From: a virus
Length of the DNA: 64,000 bases
Direction: 5' to 3' (one strand)
IMG/VR virus record: IMGVR_UViG_3300027365_000009
Span: 85,877-149,876 of that record
In this document: one piece after another, positions 1 through 11,008 of the stretch
How positions within the stretch are numbered: the first letter of the stretch is position 1
Layout: the number at the start of each line of letters is the position of its first letter
Program-made: the position numbers and the translations under genes
The notes under the pieces: generated by a model
What the model saw: only the letters and a program-made list of their open reading frames with translations
The model's database searches: none
Told to the model about the DNA's origin: nothing

Positions 1-1367
1 AAGGGAAGCGAATTATCTCGTTCAAACTCATGATTCAATGGGTAGCGAAGTTCACCCACCACGGTGGTCTTTACGTAGCTTTTTACCGGAATCGAAGAAT
101 ACATGCCTGTCACGGGATAGCGTGTAATAAACGCATGGTTTTTGTACCACATCGAAAGGCCAGTGAGGTATATCAGTTCCACGTACGTGATGGGCCTCAC
201 CCACTGGGTGTCCCACCCCTCAGGGACTTCGTCGATACTCCGGAGGATACGATAGTTCTGTTCATCGTCTACATACACCAGCGCCAGGTAATGGCCTGCC
301 ACTTCCACATAACGGTGACGCTTGTCCACGACTTCTAAGTCGTTGATGACTTTCTCCAACCCTTCGTCTGTACTCCAACGATCCATGTCTTCGTTAGAGA
401 CCTCCACCCACACCCGCTGATAGGTCTTCGGGTCCACCAGCTCGACATTATTCGAGGTACTGGCAAAAATCTCTCCCACCAGGGAGGTTTTCAGGTGATA
501 GATCGTCTTGGGAAGTACTGCCTTGGCAGCCTGATAGAGACCGACTTGGCAGTCGTTAAACCGTGGTCGATTCGGAGCGTCAAGATCGGGCACCGACGTG
601 TCCATGGAGGAGATCACATTTCGGGTACCATTAAATACCCGTCGTGACGCCCAACGCCCCTGAATAAAACCTTTCTTACCAGAAATCAGATTTTCAATGT
701 ATTCATAGATCGCCTGTAGACGTAGAGTCAATACGAAACGCGTTCGATCGTACAGAGGGAGATCGCTTTTACCAATCTGGTCTGGAAGGTTACGGACGAG
801 CATAAGCACGTTTTGGTACAGCTCATTGATCTCATCCATGCTGACGCGGTTATCGCTGTCGATATCAGCGTCCCGGAGTCCCGCCGGCATTACCAACAAG
901 TGTTTCAGGGTGGCCTGTTGACGATACCGATTGATCAGCTCGACACGCATGTCCCGACTGGACGAACCTGTTTTCTTAGGGGACAGCTCCTCCCAGTGTG
1001 TCATGAAGAAAGCATACCCCGTCGCGCCATCCAGTTCAGTGGCGGCTTCAAAATCTTTTTCTTCGGGATTCCATTTGGCGTATTCTTGTCCTGAGAGAAT
1101 TCCTTTATAAAGACTTTTGAGTTTGATCAGTCGAGAGTACATGACGGGATGCAGGACAGCAATCTTTAGTGGGATGTACCCAAAGCGACGATCCCGGTCG
1201 GGGTCACCCACCCGACCAAACGTGACGGTGGAGAAGAGCCCATCATCATGGAAATTTCCACCCGGACCATCAAAGATGTCCAAACTGGTAATCGGACGAA
1301 GGCGTTGTAGCTGTTGTGGGGTGGGTGAGAGTAGGGATAAATTAAAAGGTACACTAACTGATTTCAT
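1..1367 (-). CDS. Virion RNA polymerase beta'-like subunit (phiKZ gp180-like); 3' end runs off the window
   Basis: Not in the ORF track. Manual translation from ATG 1367 (RBS AGGA) stays open to position 1: MKSVSVPFNLSLL...DDGLFSTVTFGRVGDPDRDRRFGYIPLKIAVLHP...LVMPAGLRD...GKKGFIQGRWASRR...FITRYP. These match beta' motifs (DGLF/FG, F-G-x-I-x-L, PxxLR, GKxG). It is divergent from the gp181-like gene. Confidence 0.88.
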   Translation of the reverse strand, partial: MKSVSVPFNLSLLSPTPQQLQRLRPITSLDIFDGPGGNFHDDGLFSTVTFGRVGDPDRDRRFGYIPLKIAVLHPVMYSRLIKLKSLYKGILSGQEYAKWNPEEKDFEAATELDGATGYAFFMTHWEELSPKKTGSSSRDMRVELINRYRQQATLKHLLVMPAGLRDADIDSDNRVSMDEINELYQNVLMLVRNLPDQIGKSDLPLYDRTRFVLTLRLQAIYEYIENLISGKKGFIQGRWASRRVFNGTRNVISSMDTSVPDLDAPNRPRFNDCQVGLYQAAKAVLPKTIYHLKTSLVGEIFASTSNNVELVDPKTYQRVWVEVSNEDMDRWSTDEGLEKVINDLEVVDKRHRYVEVAGHYLALVYVDDEQNYRILRSIDEVPEGWDTQWVRPITYVELIYLTGLSMWYKNHAFITRYPVTGMYSSIPVKSYVKTTVVGELRYPLNHEFERDNSLP

Positions 1368-1461
1368 AGTCTATCCTGTATAAAAGAATCGTCACAGTAT
1401 TAGGTAGAAGCGTGAAAGCGCTAGACGATATGACAGACTTCCTAGCGCCGGAGGATATTCC

Positions 1462-4400
1462 ATGGCGGATAAAAGAAAAGACCTCGAAGAAGAGAACCTG
1501 GATTTACGGATTCTTGACCTCGATGCGTTAGACGATGAATTTGATTTTGATCCCCCGAAAGACGATAAACCCGTTAAACGGTTTGCGGTCAATTTTAAGC
1601 GGGGGTTTTTACAGCAGACCAAATCAAAAGTCCTGCTGCGCAATTTCTTACGCAGTTCTCTACCGGATGGTTATTCCCGACTCTGGGCTGCGGGTGAGAG
1701 TGCGTTCTCTAGCGGTAAGTCCACGGCAGACGACGTCTTCCGGGAAACCGCGCCTGAGCTGGACAGCATTGCCCAAAAGATGGAAGAGGTCTTGCCGAAT
1801 ATTGAAGGCAGGACACCAAAGCGTCTTTATGGGCGTATTGAAAAGGGAGTAGGACGTTTCCGTCGGGCGACTCAGGATCAACAAGACTCAGGATTCTCGC
1901 GTCGCACCCAGGCGGATGACGATAACAGCGAACTTGCCGACGCACTGGATGCGCTTAATGAAACATCGCGTGCTGAAGGTGAACAGGCGTCATTAGAAGC
2001 TGAAGAAAGACGCGTCCGCGATAAGCTGGACGCGGGGCGCTTTGACGTTCTGACGCGCCAGATGGACCGCATCGGGACGGGCGTTGAGCATCAGGTTTCA
2101 TACCAAGACCAGATTCAGTACAAGTTCCAACGCAAGTCCTTAGAACTTCAATACCGTTCTTATTTCGCACTGCGCGACCTGCGTAAGTTTGCAGAAGTCG
2201 CCCAAGACACGCATGAGACGGCTTACAACGCCCTGGTTCACAACAGTGCGTTACCTGATCACCTCAAAATGACGAAAAGTCAGCGGGTGAGGTTTGGAAC
2301 TCAGGACAGCCTCGTCGGTGCCTTGGGTACCCAGATGGCGGCCTCATTGCCTGGGTTCTTGGCTTCCTACTACCCCACCATTATGGAGAATATCCGTAAG
2401 AGTGCGGTGCAGGGCATTCAAGCTGCGGGCGGTATGCTCTCTACCACTGACATGATGAGTGGGATGGGCGGCGACAGCGCCAGCACCGCCGGTCAGGTCG
2501 CCGGAGATGTCGCTGGGGGCTTTTTCCGCAATACCCTGGTGTCACGGGCTGCCATGATGGCCAAGCCTGGTATGGAGCGTTTAGGGGACAAGCTGGGTGG
2601 TGGGCATCACGTAGTGTCCTATTTCCTGAATAACCTCCCCGCATTACTGCAGGAGTACACTCAGGATCACTCCCACTCCACCGGGTTCCGTGGCGTTATC
2701 CAACGGATGGTGCGTGCTATTGTCCCGTCCTATTACCAGGACGATACTTTAGAGGACGGTTCCTTTCAGACCATTGATCGACAAGCGGCCTTTAACCAGC
2801 TGACACAACGTTCCATCGTTGAGGTCATCCCCGGATACCTGTCGCGCCTCCTGCAAGAAACCCGGATGATTCGCACCGGAAGTGACGACGTCGAACGTGA
2901 AGTGTGGGATGTCACCACTGGTCAGTTCACTGGTTATAAAGCGGCGAGAAAAGCCCTTCAGGGTCGTGTCATTAATGAGGCCCAGCGCCGCAACATTGAT
3001 GCCACCCTTAATCAAACCGTCGAGAACTTTGATCCGGATGGCTACCTGTCCGACACGGCACGTGCTGTCCTGAAAGAACGGATGATGCGGGAAGCCTCCC
3101 GTAATGACCGTTTTGATCCCAACACCTATGCGTCGGGTGAAGGTTATGGGGAGGAGGTCGATGACGCCACCCTGAAGGAACTGACGTCGTTCTTTAAGGC
3201 CCAGTTCGATTTTGACGACCAAGGCAGTATGGTAGAGGACGCCGAAAACCGTCGGCGCCGTAATGCCTTTTCGGACGCCTTCCTGGAAGTACGTAATACC
3301 ATCCCCGACCCACGCGCAGAGATTCAGCGGATTTCAGGGGTGGGGATGCAAGAGATCCTCCACGACCTGGGACTGATGACCAGTGATTACGGTCGTAACC
3401 GGGTGAACTACGATCGTGTGTGGGATCTGTATCGTGGCGATGGTCCTTCAACGCCCAACCGTAGCGGTCCGCGTCCTGAGGGACCGATCCCCCGTACCCA
3501 AATCAAGACCGGGTATGACGAGAACGTTACCTTTAAAGAGTCTGTCCAACGGGCTAAAGAGGCGGCCAAGGAGAATCTGCGGTTCAAACGCCTGAAAATT
3601 GAACTGCCTAAGTTCGATGACGCGCTTATCAAGCGTCTACCTGAATTGGATGGGAAAACCCTCGCCAAAGTGGTGGAGTGGCGGCCTGAGCTGCTCGATG
3701 CATTAAAACGTATCGATGGGGATATTGAACTCCGCCTTGCTCCCCATATTGAGAAATTACGCCAACGGGGCAAACCGAAGAAACTGGATCGTGAGACCGC
3801 TGAAGCCCTGTGGACACTCGTATCAGAAAAATCCCGGCATGAGTGGGATGATGTAAAAGCTAAGGCCAAAAAGCACTACGATCAAGCGGAAGAGGCCACA
3901 CGGGATTGGCGGATTAATACCGCAAGCGATGTCCACGAAACCGTAGAGAAAGCCAAGAAAACCTGGGAAGGTGTTGACAAAGACCCTGAGTCTTGGAAAG
4001 AGAAGGCGGCCAAGAAAACTCAAGAAGAGAAACAGCGACTTAAGGAGACTTGGGAAAAGACCCGTACTGCAACTGAGGAGCAAACCGAGCAGCTCAAAGA
4101 GCAAGTTCGGGAACACACCGATCCGATGGTTGAGCAAACGCGTGAGAATGCGAATCGCTGGCGCGAAGAAGCCAGTCGTCGTTCGGAAAATATCCGTGAA
4201 CAGTTCGCCCAACGGGTACGGGATCCACTCCATACACCCAGCGATGAAACGACCCCCGGTTATGGTCAAACCGAATACGATCAATACGTCGATGGTATTC
4301 AGCGTATAGCAGAGCGGCAAGCGGAGACGTCCGATAACATCTTTACCCTGCTACGTGAAGAAATGCAGCGTGGCTTCAAGGTAAGGGAGCTTCCGGAACT

Positions 4401-7400
4401 AACGTTTGCCGATCAGGATGGTAACGCCACCAAAGCGAAAGGTAAGGCCAAACCTGAGAAGAAATGGTCATCCATCCTGAAACGGGGAGCTGATGGTATT
4501 GCGGGGTACTATAAGAACCTATTCCCGGGCATCGGTAAGGGGATGGGTGGTCTCGTTTCAGGTATGGGACGTGGTACGGGTGCTGTGTTCAGTGGAATGG
4601 GACGTGCTGTCGGCCGCATGATTGGCGGTAAAGAGGACGAGGTATTGCCTGATATCTACGTCAAGGCCCGTCCTGACACGCCTGTTCTGCTAGCACGTGA
4701 CATTAAAACCGGGCGTTATATTGACGCCAACACCAACACCGTTATCAAAAGTATTGATGACATCACCGGTGGGGTGTGGGATACCGTTGAAGAACGCATC
4801 GCCATCACCCATACTGAGTTTGAAGAGGGCCTTTTCACACGAGGAGGCGAGAAAATTAAAACTACTCGGGGCCCTGGGATTTTGGGTACCTTGGGGAGTT
4901 TTTATAACAACGCTTACCTCAAGCCCACCCTCTTTGCGGCAAAACAGCTCCCCAATTTAGGGAATGTGGCCAAAGACATGATCTTCTCCGAACGGGATGC
5001 GTATATTCCCGGGGAGAAAGAACCTCGGATTCGGGCGAACCTACTGAAAAAGGGGATTTATTTCGACCAAGCCACAGGTGATCCCATCACCCGCTATAAG
5101 GACATTTCGGGCACCGTGGTGGATGCCAACAACAACGTCGTTGTCAATGCTGCCGAAATCCCTCACCTGGTTGGTTATGACGGACGTCCTCTTGAGACAG
5201 CCGGTACTAAGCTAGGTGGGGTAGCCAAAGCCATCGGTGGGGCGTATGTGGGGGCCCTTAAAGCAGGATGGCACGCTACGAAATCGGTAGCGAAAGGTGC
5301 TTTTGATCTAGGCAAAGCGGTTTCGGATCGTGTGATTGGCATGATTCGTGGCAAGCGAGGGAAGCGTGATGAAGAATCCATGTCCCGTGAAGGTCAGATA
5401 ATCTCCATTCTGGGGGGTATTTACGACCTGCTCGATCAGCGTCTTCCTCAGAACCAAAACTTCCGTAAAGGGTCATGGCAGGAAGAACTTGCCAAACGAG
5501 CTGAAGAACGGGAAGAGGAGAAAGACTTCAAGGAAGAACAAGAGTGGCGAGAAGAAGGTATCTTCGGAAGAATTGGTCGTCGTCTAGGTGGTCTACTGGG
5601 AATGTACCAGGACCGTCAGGATACCCTCGATGAGATCGCCGAAAACACCGAAGACATGGACGATGGTGGGACTGACATACTCGCGACAGGTGGCGGAGAC
5701 GGTCCTGATGGCCGACGGCGTCCTGGTCGCACCCGACGTACCCCTAAGAAGCCTGCACCAAAAGGGTTTTGGCGTAAAGCCGCTCATTACGGCGGTAAAG
5801 GTTTCCGTAGTGTGGGTCGCGGTGCAGCGTCACTTGGACGCGGTGCCCTGAACCTGATGGGTATGGGAGGTCTCGCCAATCCGATCGGTCGTGCCGCCGG
5901 TGGTCTCGGTAAGGGTATGGCCTGGGCCGGTAAGGGTCTGTTCGGTGTTGGGGGCATGCTTGTCCGCGGTGGAGCAATGGCCGCCACGGGCTTGGTCAGT
6001 ATGTTGGGCGCCCCCGTGGTGCTCGCCGGTACTGCTGTCGCCGGTGCTGCGGCTGGCGGTTTTTGGTTGTGGAACCGCCACAAGAAGACGGCCGGTAAGT
6101 TCCGGCAGTTGCGTCTCGCTCAGTATGGTTTCCCCGAAGATGGTGGGTTACAGCGCCGGGTGGTTGCCCTGGAAAACCGCCTGGATGAGGTCACCCAACG
6201 CAATGAAGGTTCTGAGCCCACGCTGAACTTACCGGAAATCGACCCATTAGAGTTAATTGAAATAATGGGCATTTCAGAGGACGATGAACCCGCCCTTCTC
6301 GCCTTGGGGGATTGGTTTGCCAACCGGATGCTTCCCGTTTATCGCAAGTACCAGCAAGTGATGATGACCCACTTCCCCGATACCCCCTTGGGGGAATTGG
6401 ATGACGTGGTGGATCATGATACCGCAGGTGATATTCTGCGCATGGTCTCATTTAGCGACGGTGGGAGTAGTCCTTACCAAGTGCGTGCTAATCCCTTCGA
6501 TCCCGAGACCCCACTGCCGGATGTCACATCCATTATTGAAGAACGTAAGGAGGCAATTCGTAAGGAGTATGATACCCCGGAAGCGGTACGTGACGCTTCC
6601 CGTGCAACCACCGCAGGGGCGGGAAGTACCGCGGCAATCATGACGTCAGTTAATCATGCCGTCGTACAAGCCCGTGAACGTGAGCGACGCAATAGACAGG
6701 CTGAACAGCAAGGAGGGCGTCAGGTATTTGGTAACGTGGGAGCTACTGCTGCGTTAGCGGTTGCGGGCGCTACTAACGTTACTGAACTGGCGAGTCGCCG
6801 CGCGGCGATCCCCGAGTACCGTCGCATGACCGGTAGTAACCTCACGGCCCTTCAAGCCATGCGGGTGCGGGGGTATGGCCTAGTTGACCTTAACCGGTCA
6901 AAGGTCATTGCGCTACTGACCCTTGAGGATACGGTAGTCCCTTACTTAACGTTCAGTGGGGATGGGACAGTTGCCTTTGAGGGGAGTATCAATGATGTTT
7001 TCCGTGAGGTTGCGCCCCTCTTTGGTCTATCGTTGTACGGGTCATCCACAGGGGACGAAACACGAACCGACAAGGAAAAGTTCCGTTTGTGGTTTAGGAG
7101 TCGCTTTTTGAGTGTCTTCCTCACCTACGTCAGTGCAATCCGGCAGATTGACGAAAACGTCGGTATCCCGAACGCGGAGCGTCGATTGGATGACATTGGT
7201 AAACTGGACGTCGGAAAGAGCCTGTACTCCGCCACCTGGGAATCGCGGGAGTCGGGTACCATGTCGGTTTGGGAAGTTCCATGGTTGATCTTTGATCAGC
7301 CCGCGGCCTTCTCTGCCAAGGAATTGGCGAAGATGGAGTTGATGGTATTGGAACAGGCAGTGAGTGGCGAAACCGTAGGGACAGCCGCACAAAGTGCAGA

Positions 7401-8922
7401 GCAGGCACGTCAACAGGCCCAAGGGAATGTAGCGCTGTCGGCATCGGCAATCAATTCTGCACTCCAAGTCGCTAACAGTGGAACGTCATCTCTCGCCTCA
7501 CGTCATCTCCAAGCCTCACGAACTGCAGTGCAACGGGCACAGAACCGTTGGGGAACCGCAGGAGTCGAACCCCCTCGGCGGCCCGGTGGTACCGCTGGCG
7601 CGTTAGGAAATACGTTCTCCGGTATTGTCCAAGGAAATGGAGGGCAGTGGGAGGAGGTCCCCATGCCGCGCGCTAATAAATCCAAGGAAGCCGCGTTACC
7701 GACACTTCAGGCGGTAGAAGCCATGACGGGTGTTGATGCCAACCTTCTCATGACGTTCGCCTCGATTGAGTCGGCGTTTGATTACACGGTAAAGGCACCG
7801 ACTTCATCCGCCACTGGGTGGTTCCAGTTCATTGACGCCACCTGGGATGGCATGATCGAACAACATGCCGACAAATATGGGATTCCTCATACCGGCATGA
7901 CCAAGAATGCCATTCGGGAAATGCGTAAGGACCCCCGTATAAACGCCTTGATGGGGGCGGAGTTCTTGAAAGGGAACTACAAGTACCTGGAACGAAAATT
8001 GGGACGCAAACCCACCGATACCGACCTCTACCTGGCGCACTTCTTTGGTGCAGGCACCGCATACAAGTTCTTGAAGGCGGACCAGAACGCTGTTGCGGCA
8101 AATCTGTTCCGTTCTCAAGCGAACTCTAACCGGAATATTTTCTACCGGGGCGGTCAGCCACGCACCATTGCTGAAGTGTATCAGGTCATGGACGAGAAAG
8201 TGTCGGGACATCGGTTTGGTGGAACCAGCGCCTCTCGTACAGTGGATATGGATGAACCTGATCCGGTGTCGGTTCCGGAAGGGGCGTCCATGGAAGCGGC
8301 GAATGATCCCGAAGCAGGGGATGCGGGGATTATTGAAGAGGGCGGTCGTGAGATGATCCAGCTGGCGCCAGAAGGGGTTAACAATCACCTTCAGGGTGTG
8401 GATAACCCCATGCTGACAGAAGGGCAACGAAATGCCCATCGGCGGCGGCAATCGACCAGTAGTCGCGTTGGGTCAACCATCAATCCAGCAAACGCCGCAG
8501 TGGCGGGCGCTGGCTTGGGTGGACCACTAGGTCAAAACGCCACACCACCGACTGGGGGTAGATTCTACGGGGCGATCGACTCCGATCCTCAGGATGACCC
8601 CGTGGTGCGTCAGCGGGAACGCCAACGCCAACAGGCGGAGGTGGCAGATCTCCAACAGCGCGAGCTTGCCGATCGAGATCGGGAAACCAACCGGAATGTG
8701 GGTCGTGTTCTCAGTCGCCAACTGGAAGTCCAGCAAACGATGGCGGATTACCTTAAAGCTATCGCGGAGAATATTACAGGTGGGGCGCGGGAATCCACGA
8801 CGACGGAACGTCAGGACGACCGTCAGAATCGCAATGATTCCAGTCGGCCCCCTGAACCGCGTGGGGGTGAACGACGTCAGCATCACGTACCGCCCATCAA
8901 CATGAGACGGAATTCTCCGTAA
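1462..8922 (+). CDS. Large tail protein with C-terminal lytic transglycosylase domain (phiKZ gp181-like)
   Basis: 2486 aa with RBS GGAGG. It has coiled-coil and Gly-rich segments. SLT motifs IES(AFD), SSATGWFQF and YLAHFFGAG occur at about 7750-8060. Confidence 0.9.
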   Translation: MADKRKDLEEENLDLRILDLDALDDEFDFDPPKDDKPVKRFAVNFKRGFLQQTKSKVLLRNFLRSSLPDGYSRLWAAGESAFSSGKSTADDVFRETAPELDSIAQKMEEVLPNIEGRTPKRLYGRIEKGVGRFRRATQDQQDSGFSRRTQADDDNSELADALDALNETSRAEGEQASLEAEERRVRDKLDAGRFDVLTRQMDRIGTGVEHQVSYQDQIQYKFQRKSLELQYRSYFALRDLRKFAEVAQDTHETAYNALVHNSALPDHLKMTKSQRVRFGTQDSLVGALGTQMAASLPGFLASYYPTIMENIRKSAVQGIQAAGGMLSTTDMMSGMGGDSASTAGQVAGDVAGGFFRNTLVSRAAMMAKPGMERLGDKLGGGHHVVSYFLNNLPALLQEYTQDHSHSTGFRGVIQRMVRAIVPSYYQDDTLEDGSFQTIDRQAAFNQLTQRSIVEVIPGYLSRLLQETRMIRTGSDDVEREVWDVTTGQFTGYKAARKALQGRVINEAQRRNIDATLNQTVENFDPDGYLSDTARAVLKERMMREASRNDRFDPNTYASGEGYGEEVDDATLKELTSFFKAQFDFDDQGSMVEDAENRRRRNAFSDAFLEVRNTIPDPRAEIQRISGVGMQEILHDLGLMTSDYGRNRVNYDRVWDLYRGDGPSTPNRSGPRPEGPIPRTQIKTGYDENVTFKESVQRAKEAAKENLRFKRLKIELPKFDDALIKRLPELDGKTLAKVVEWRPELLDALKRIDGDIELRLAPHIEKLRQRGKPKKLDRETAEALWTLVSEKSRHEWDDVKAKAKKHYDQAEEATRDWRINTASDVHETVEKAKKTWEGVDKDPESWKEKAAKKTQEEKQRLKETWEKTRTATEEQTEQLKEQVREHTDPMVEQTRENANRWREEASRRSENIREQFAQRVRDPLHTPSDETTPGYGQTEYDQYVDGIQRIAERQAETSDNIFTLLREEMQRGFKVRELPELTFADQDGNATKAKGKAKPEKKWSSILKRGADGIAGYYKNLFPGIGKGMGGLVSGMGRGTGAVFSGMGRAVGRMIGGKEDEVLPDIYVKARPDTPVLLARDIKTGRYIDANTNTVIKSIDDITGGVWDTVEERIAITHTEFEEGLFTRGGEKIKTTRGPGILGTLGSFYNNAYLKPTLFAAKQLPNLGNVAKDMIFSERDAYIPGEKEPRIRANLLKKGIYFDQATGDPITRYKDISGTVVDANNNVVVNAAEIPHLVGYDGRPLETAGTKLGGVAKAIGGAYVGALKAGWHATKSVAKGAFDLGKAVSDRVIGMIRGKRGKRDEESMSREGQIISILGGIYDLLDQRLPQNQNFRKGSWQEELAKRAEEREEEKDFKEEQEWREEGIFGRIGRRLGGLLGMYQDRQDTLDEIAENTEDMDDGGTDILATGGGDGPDGRRRPGRTRRTPKKPAPKGFWRKAAHYGGKGFRSVGRGAASLGRGALNLMGMGGLANPIGRAAGGLGKGMAWAGKGLFGVGGMLVRGGAMAATGLVSMLGAPVVLAGTAVAGAAAGGFWLWNRHKKTAGKFRQLRLAQYGFPEDGGLQRRVVALENRLDEVTQRNEGSEPTLNLPEIDPLELIEIMGISEDDEPALLALGDWFANRMLPVYRKYQQVMMTHFPDTPLGELDDVVDHDTAGDILRMVSFSDGGSSPYQVRANPFDPETPLPDVTSIIEERKEAIRKEYDTPEAVRDASRATTAGAGSTAAIMTSVNHAVVQARERERRNRQAEQQGGRQVFGNVGATAALAVAGATNVTELASRRAAIPEYRRMTGSNLTALQAMRVRGYGLVDLNRSKVIALLTLEDTVVPYLTFSGDGTVAFEGSINDVFREVAPLFGLSLYGSSTGDETRTDKEKFRLWFRSRFLSVFLTYVSAIRQIDENVGIPNAERRLDDIGKLDVGKSLYSATWESRESGTMSVWEVPWLIFDQPAAFSAKELAKMELMVLEQAVSGETVGTAAQSAEQARQQAQGNVALSASAINSALQVANSGTSSLASRHLQASRTAVQRAQNRWGTAGVEPPRRPGGTAGALGNTFSGIVQGNGGQWEEVPMPRANKSKEAALPTLQAVEAMTGVDANLLMTFASIESAFDYTVKAPTSSATGWFQFIDATWDGMIEQHADKYGIPHTGMTKNAIREMRKDPRINALMGAEFLKGNYKYLERKLGRKPTDTDLYLAHFFGAGTAYKFLKADQNAVAANLFRSQANSNRNIFYRGGQPRTIAEVYQVMDEKVSGHRFGGTSASRTVDMDEPDPVSVPEGASMEAANDPEAGDAGIIEEGGREMIQLAPEGVNNHLQGVDNPMLTEGQRNAHRRRQSTSSRVGSTINPANAAVAGAGLGGPLGQNATPPTGGRFYGAIDSDPQDDPVVRQRERQRQQAEVADLQQRELADRDRETNRNVGRVLSRQLEVQQTMADYLKAIAENITGGARESTTTERQDDRQNRNDSSRPPEPRGGERRQHHVPPINMRRNSP

Positions 8923-8934
8923 CGGTATGACCTA

Positions 8935-8964
8935 GGGCCTCCTAGTGAGGCCCTTTTCTTTTTT
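8935..8964 (+). terminator. Intrinsic terminator
   Basis: GGGCCTC-ctagt-GAGGCCC followed by TTTTCTTTTTT. Confidence 0.75.
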
Positions 8965-8976
8965 CCGGAGGTAATT

Positions 8977-10995
8977 ATGGGATCACCCACGAACGACAGG
9001 CGTTGGATTCGTCACGCCTTCTTGTTACCCATCAACTCCACTAGTGCTGAGGTGGGTACTAATTCGCGTCGGCGGCTGGCCACTTCCGCCGCCTATAAAT
9101 TTCAAAACGCTTCCCTAGGAGGTCATTACGCTGTTAATGTCCCACCCCAATTCACACGCTTTGCGGACATCCGCGTGCCCGGTAAGGGACGTTCCGAAGA
9201 CGAGTGGGATAAAGGCATGGGGCGTTATTACAGTGAAGCGATTGATGACCCCAAGCAGATTGTTCACCTTTCGTTTGGTGTCCCTCGGTATTCGTCGTGG
9301 ACAAGTTTCTTCACCAACTTCTATGACCGACATAGTGCGTTATTGGCCAATACCGGTCGCTCCAGTGGGCCGTTCTATAACCTCGGCCTGGCGGGTGGGT
9401 ATATCGTCAGTCTCCCGCTGCAGCCTTTCATTATGGCGTTTAGTGGGGCTTCTAGGGTATGGAACTTCTTGTCCAAAGCCCAACCGAGTAAATGGTACTA
9501 CTTTAAACCCACCATGCATTCGTATTGGTCGTCGGTGAATACCATCGCCAACGAACTGGCCATCAACATGGGATTGATTCCCCGTGTGTTCTCCGATGGT
9601 CAATCATCCCTGCAGGAAGGCGGTGAAATTAGCGATCAAGAAATCAGACGGATGCACGAAATGTTCCCGACCATTTGGCGGGAGGACGGTGGTATTGATG
9701 TCATGTCGCTGGCGCGGGAAGCACAGCGTCGCTCCGATCATGCGGACCTTGCCGCTAAACGCATGAAAGAAAGTGCCACCAACATTCGAGAACTGGGTGA
9801 TGCCTTGGTGCAATTTCAACGCCAAAAAGCAGAAGAGCCCCAACGGAATTTCTCAGATGCAAAAGACTACTTTCTGGCAGCTGTAAAACAAGAAGATTAT
9901 CGGACGGACGATGGTATTGTCACTGAAGGTTTCCAATCAACCGGAACAGGTAACGAAGAAGAACCGACCTTCTCCACTTGGAAAGGGCTGAATGGGATGT
10001 ATGAATTTGTGCGGGCTTCTCAACGTGATGGTTCGCAGTTCGCGTCTTTCTATGTTCAGTATAATGGTTCAGTATCGGAATCATTCAATAACTCAACACG
10101 TGAGTCCAATATCTCCCAGACACTCAATCAAAAGGTCGCTTCTGGACGCTCGGCAAGTTTCGACCTGATGGCCGGTAATATATCCGGTGGGATCGGGGAA
10201 ATTATTAACTCGTTTCAATCTTTCGCTGCTGGATTGTTGGACAGTGTAAATCTGGGTGGTCTAGCAACGCTTGCTGGTACCGCCTATCTTGACATACCTA
10301 AGATGTGGGATGGTTCCACAGCGAACTTACCGCGGGCTGAATACACCGTTCCCCTACCCAGTCCGTATGGGAATCCCATTTCCCGCTACACCAACATGAT
10401 GATTCCGTTGAGCATGCTGCTAGCGGGGGCCTTGCCTTTATCGGCAGGTAAATCCGCCTACACCAGCCCGTTCTTGTGTCAGATCTACCATCAGGGACGA
10501 GTACAAATCCAGTTAGGGATGATTGACTCGATCACCATCACCCGCGGTACCGGCAACGTGGGGTGGAGTGCTGAACACAACATGCTGGGGGCAGAGGTCA
10601 GCTTCTCGGTGGTGGACATGTCATCCATTATGCATGTGCCCATCAAAGGGGGGTTCGCCAGTGCAGATTGGATTGGGACCGCCACGCGGGCGGCTGTCAT
10701 GCAGGGTGCTCAGTCTGGGGGTGGGGATACCGCCGCGGCGATTGCCGGTATGGCCACCAACGGGTCGGTATGGGATGAACAAAACACCTTTACGGATTAC
10801 ATGTCAGTGCTCAGTTCCTTGTCGCTTGATAATATCTATTACGTCGGTAAACGTCTGAACCTTAACATGACGCGTACATTACGTAGCTTCAAAACGTGGA
10901 AATCACCGTCTAATGTTATGTCGTGGATGTTAGATGGTCAACCTGCCCGGACCCTATCGGGTCTTTCCCAGTACAGTAACCGTTTCAACGAATAA
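8977..10995 (+). CDS. Virion structural protein (phiKZ gp182-like)
   Basis: 672 aa with RBS GGAGG, directly downstream of the gp181-like gene. PPQFTRFAD and GMGRYYSEAIDD segments are recalled from this family. Confidence 0.75.
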   Translation: MGSPTNDRRWIRHAFLLPINSTSAEVGTNSRRRLATSAAYKFQNASLGGHYAVNVPPQFTRFADIRVPGKGRSEDEWDKGMGRYYSEAIDDPKQIVHLSFGVPRYSSWTSFFTNFYDRHSALLANTGRSSGPFYNLGLAGGYIVSLPLQPFIMAFSGASRVWNFLSKAQPSKWYYFKPTMHSYWSSVNTIANELAINMGLIPRVFSDGQSSLQEGGEISDQEIRRMHEMFPTIWREDGGIDVMSLAREAQRRSDHADLAAKRMKESATNIRELGDALVQFQRQKAEEPQRNFSDAKDYFLAAVKQEDYRTDDGIVTEGFQSTGTGNEEEPTFSTWKGLNGMYEFVRASQRDGSQFASFYVQYNGSVSESFNNSTRESNISQTLNQKVASGRSASFDLMAGNISGGIGEIINSFQSFAAGLLDSVNLGGLATLAGTAYLDIPKMWDGSTANLPRAEYTVPLPSPYGNPISRYTNMMIPLSMLLAGALPLSAGKSAYTSPFLCQIYHQGRVQIQLGMIDSITITRGTGNVGWSAEHNMLGAEVSFSVVDMSSIMHVPIKGGFASADWIGTATRAAVMQGAQSGGGDTAAAIAGMATNGSVWDEQNTFTDYMSVLSSLSLDNIYYVGKRLNLNMTRTLRSFKTWKSPSNVMSWMLDGQPARTLSGLSQYSNRFNE

Positions 10996-11008
10996 CGCAG
11001 GAGTTCGT

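Noticed and set aside
3780-4200. Tandem repeat array in the gp181-like gene
   Set aside because: This is a loose Trp/Lys/Glu-periodic coiled-coil at protein level, with no clear nucleotide repeat unit.
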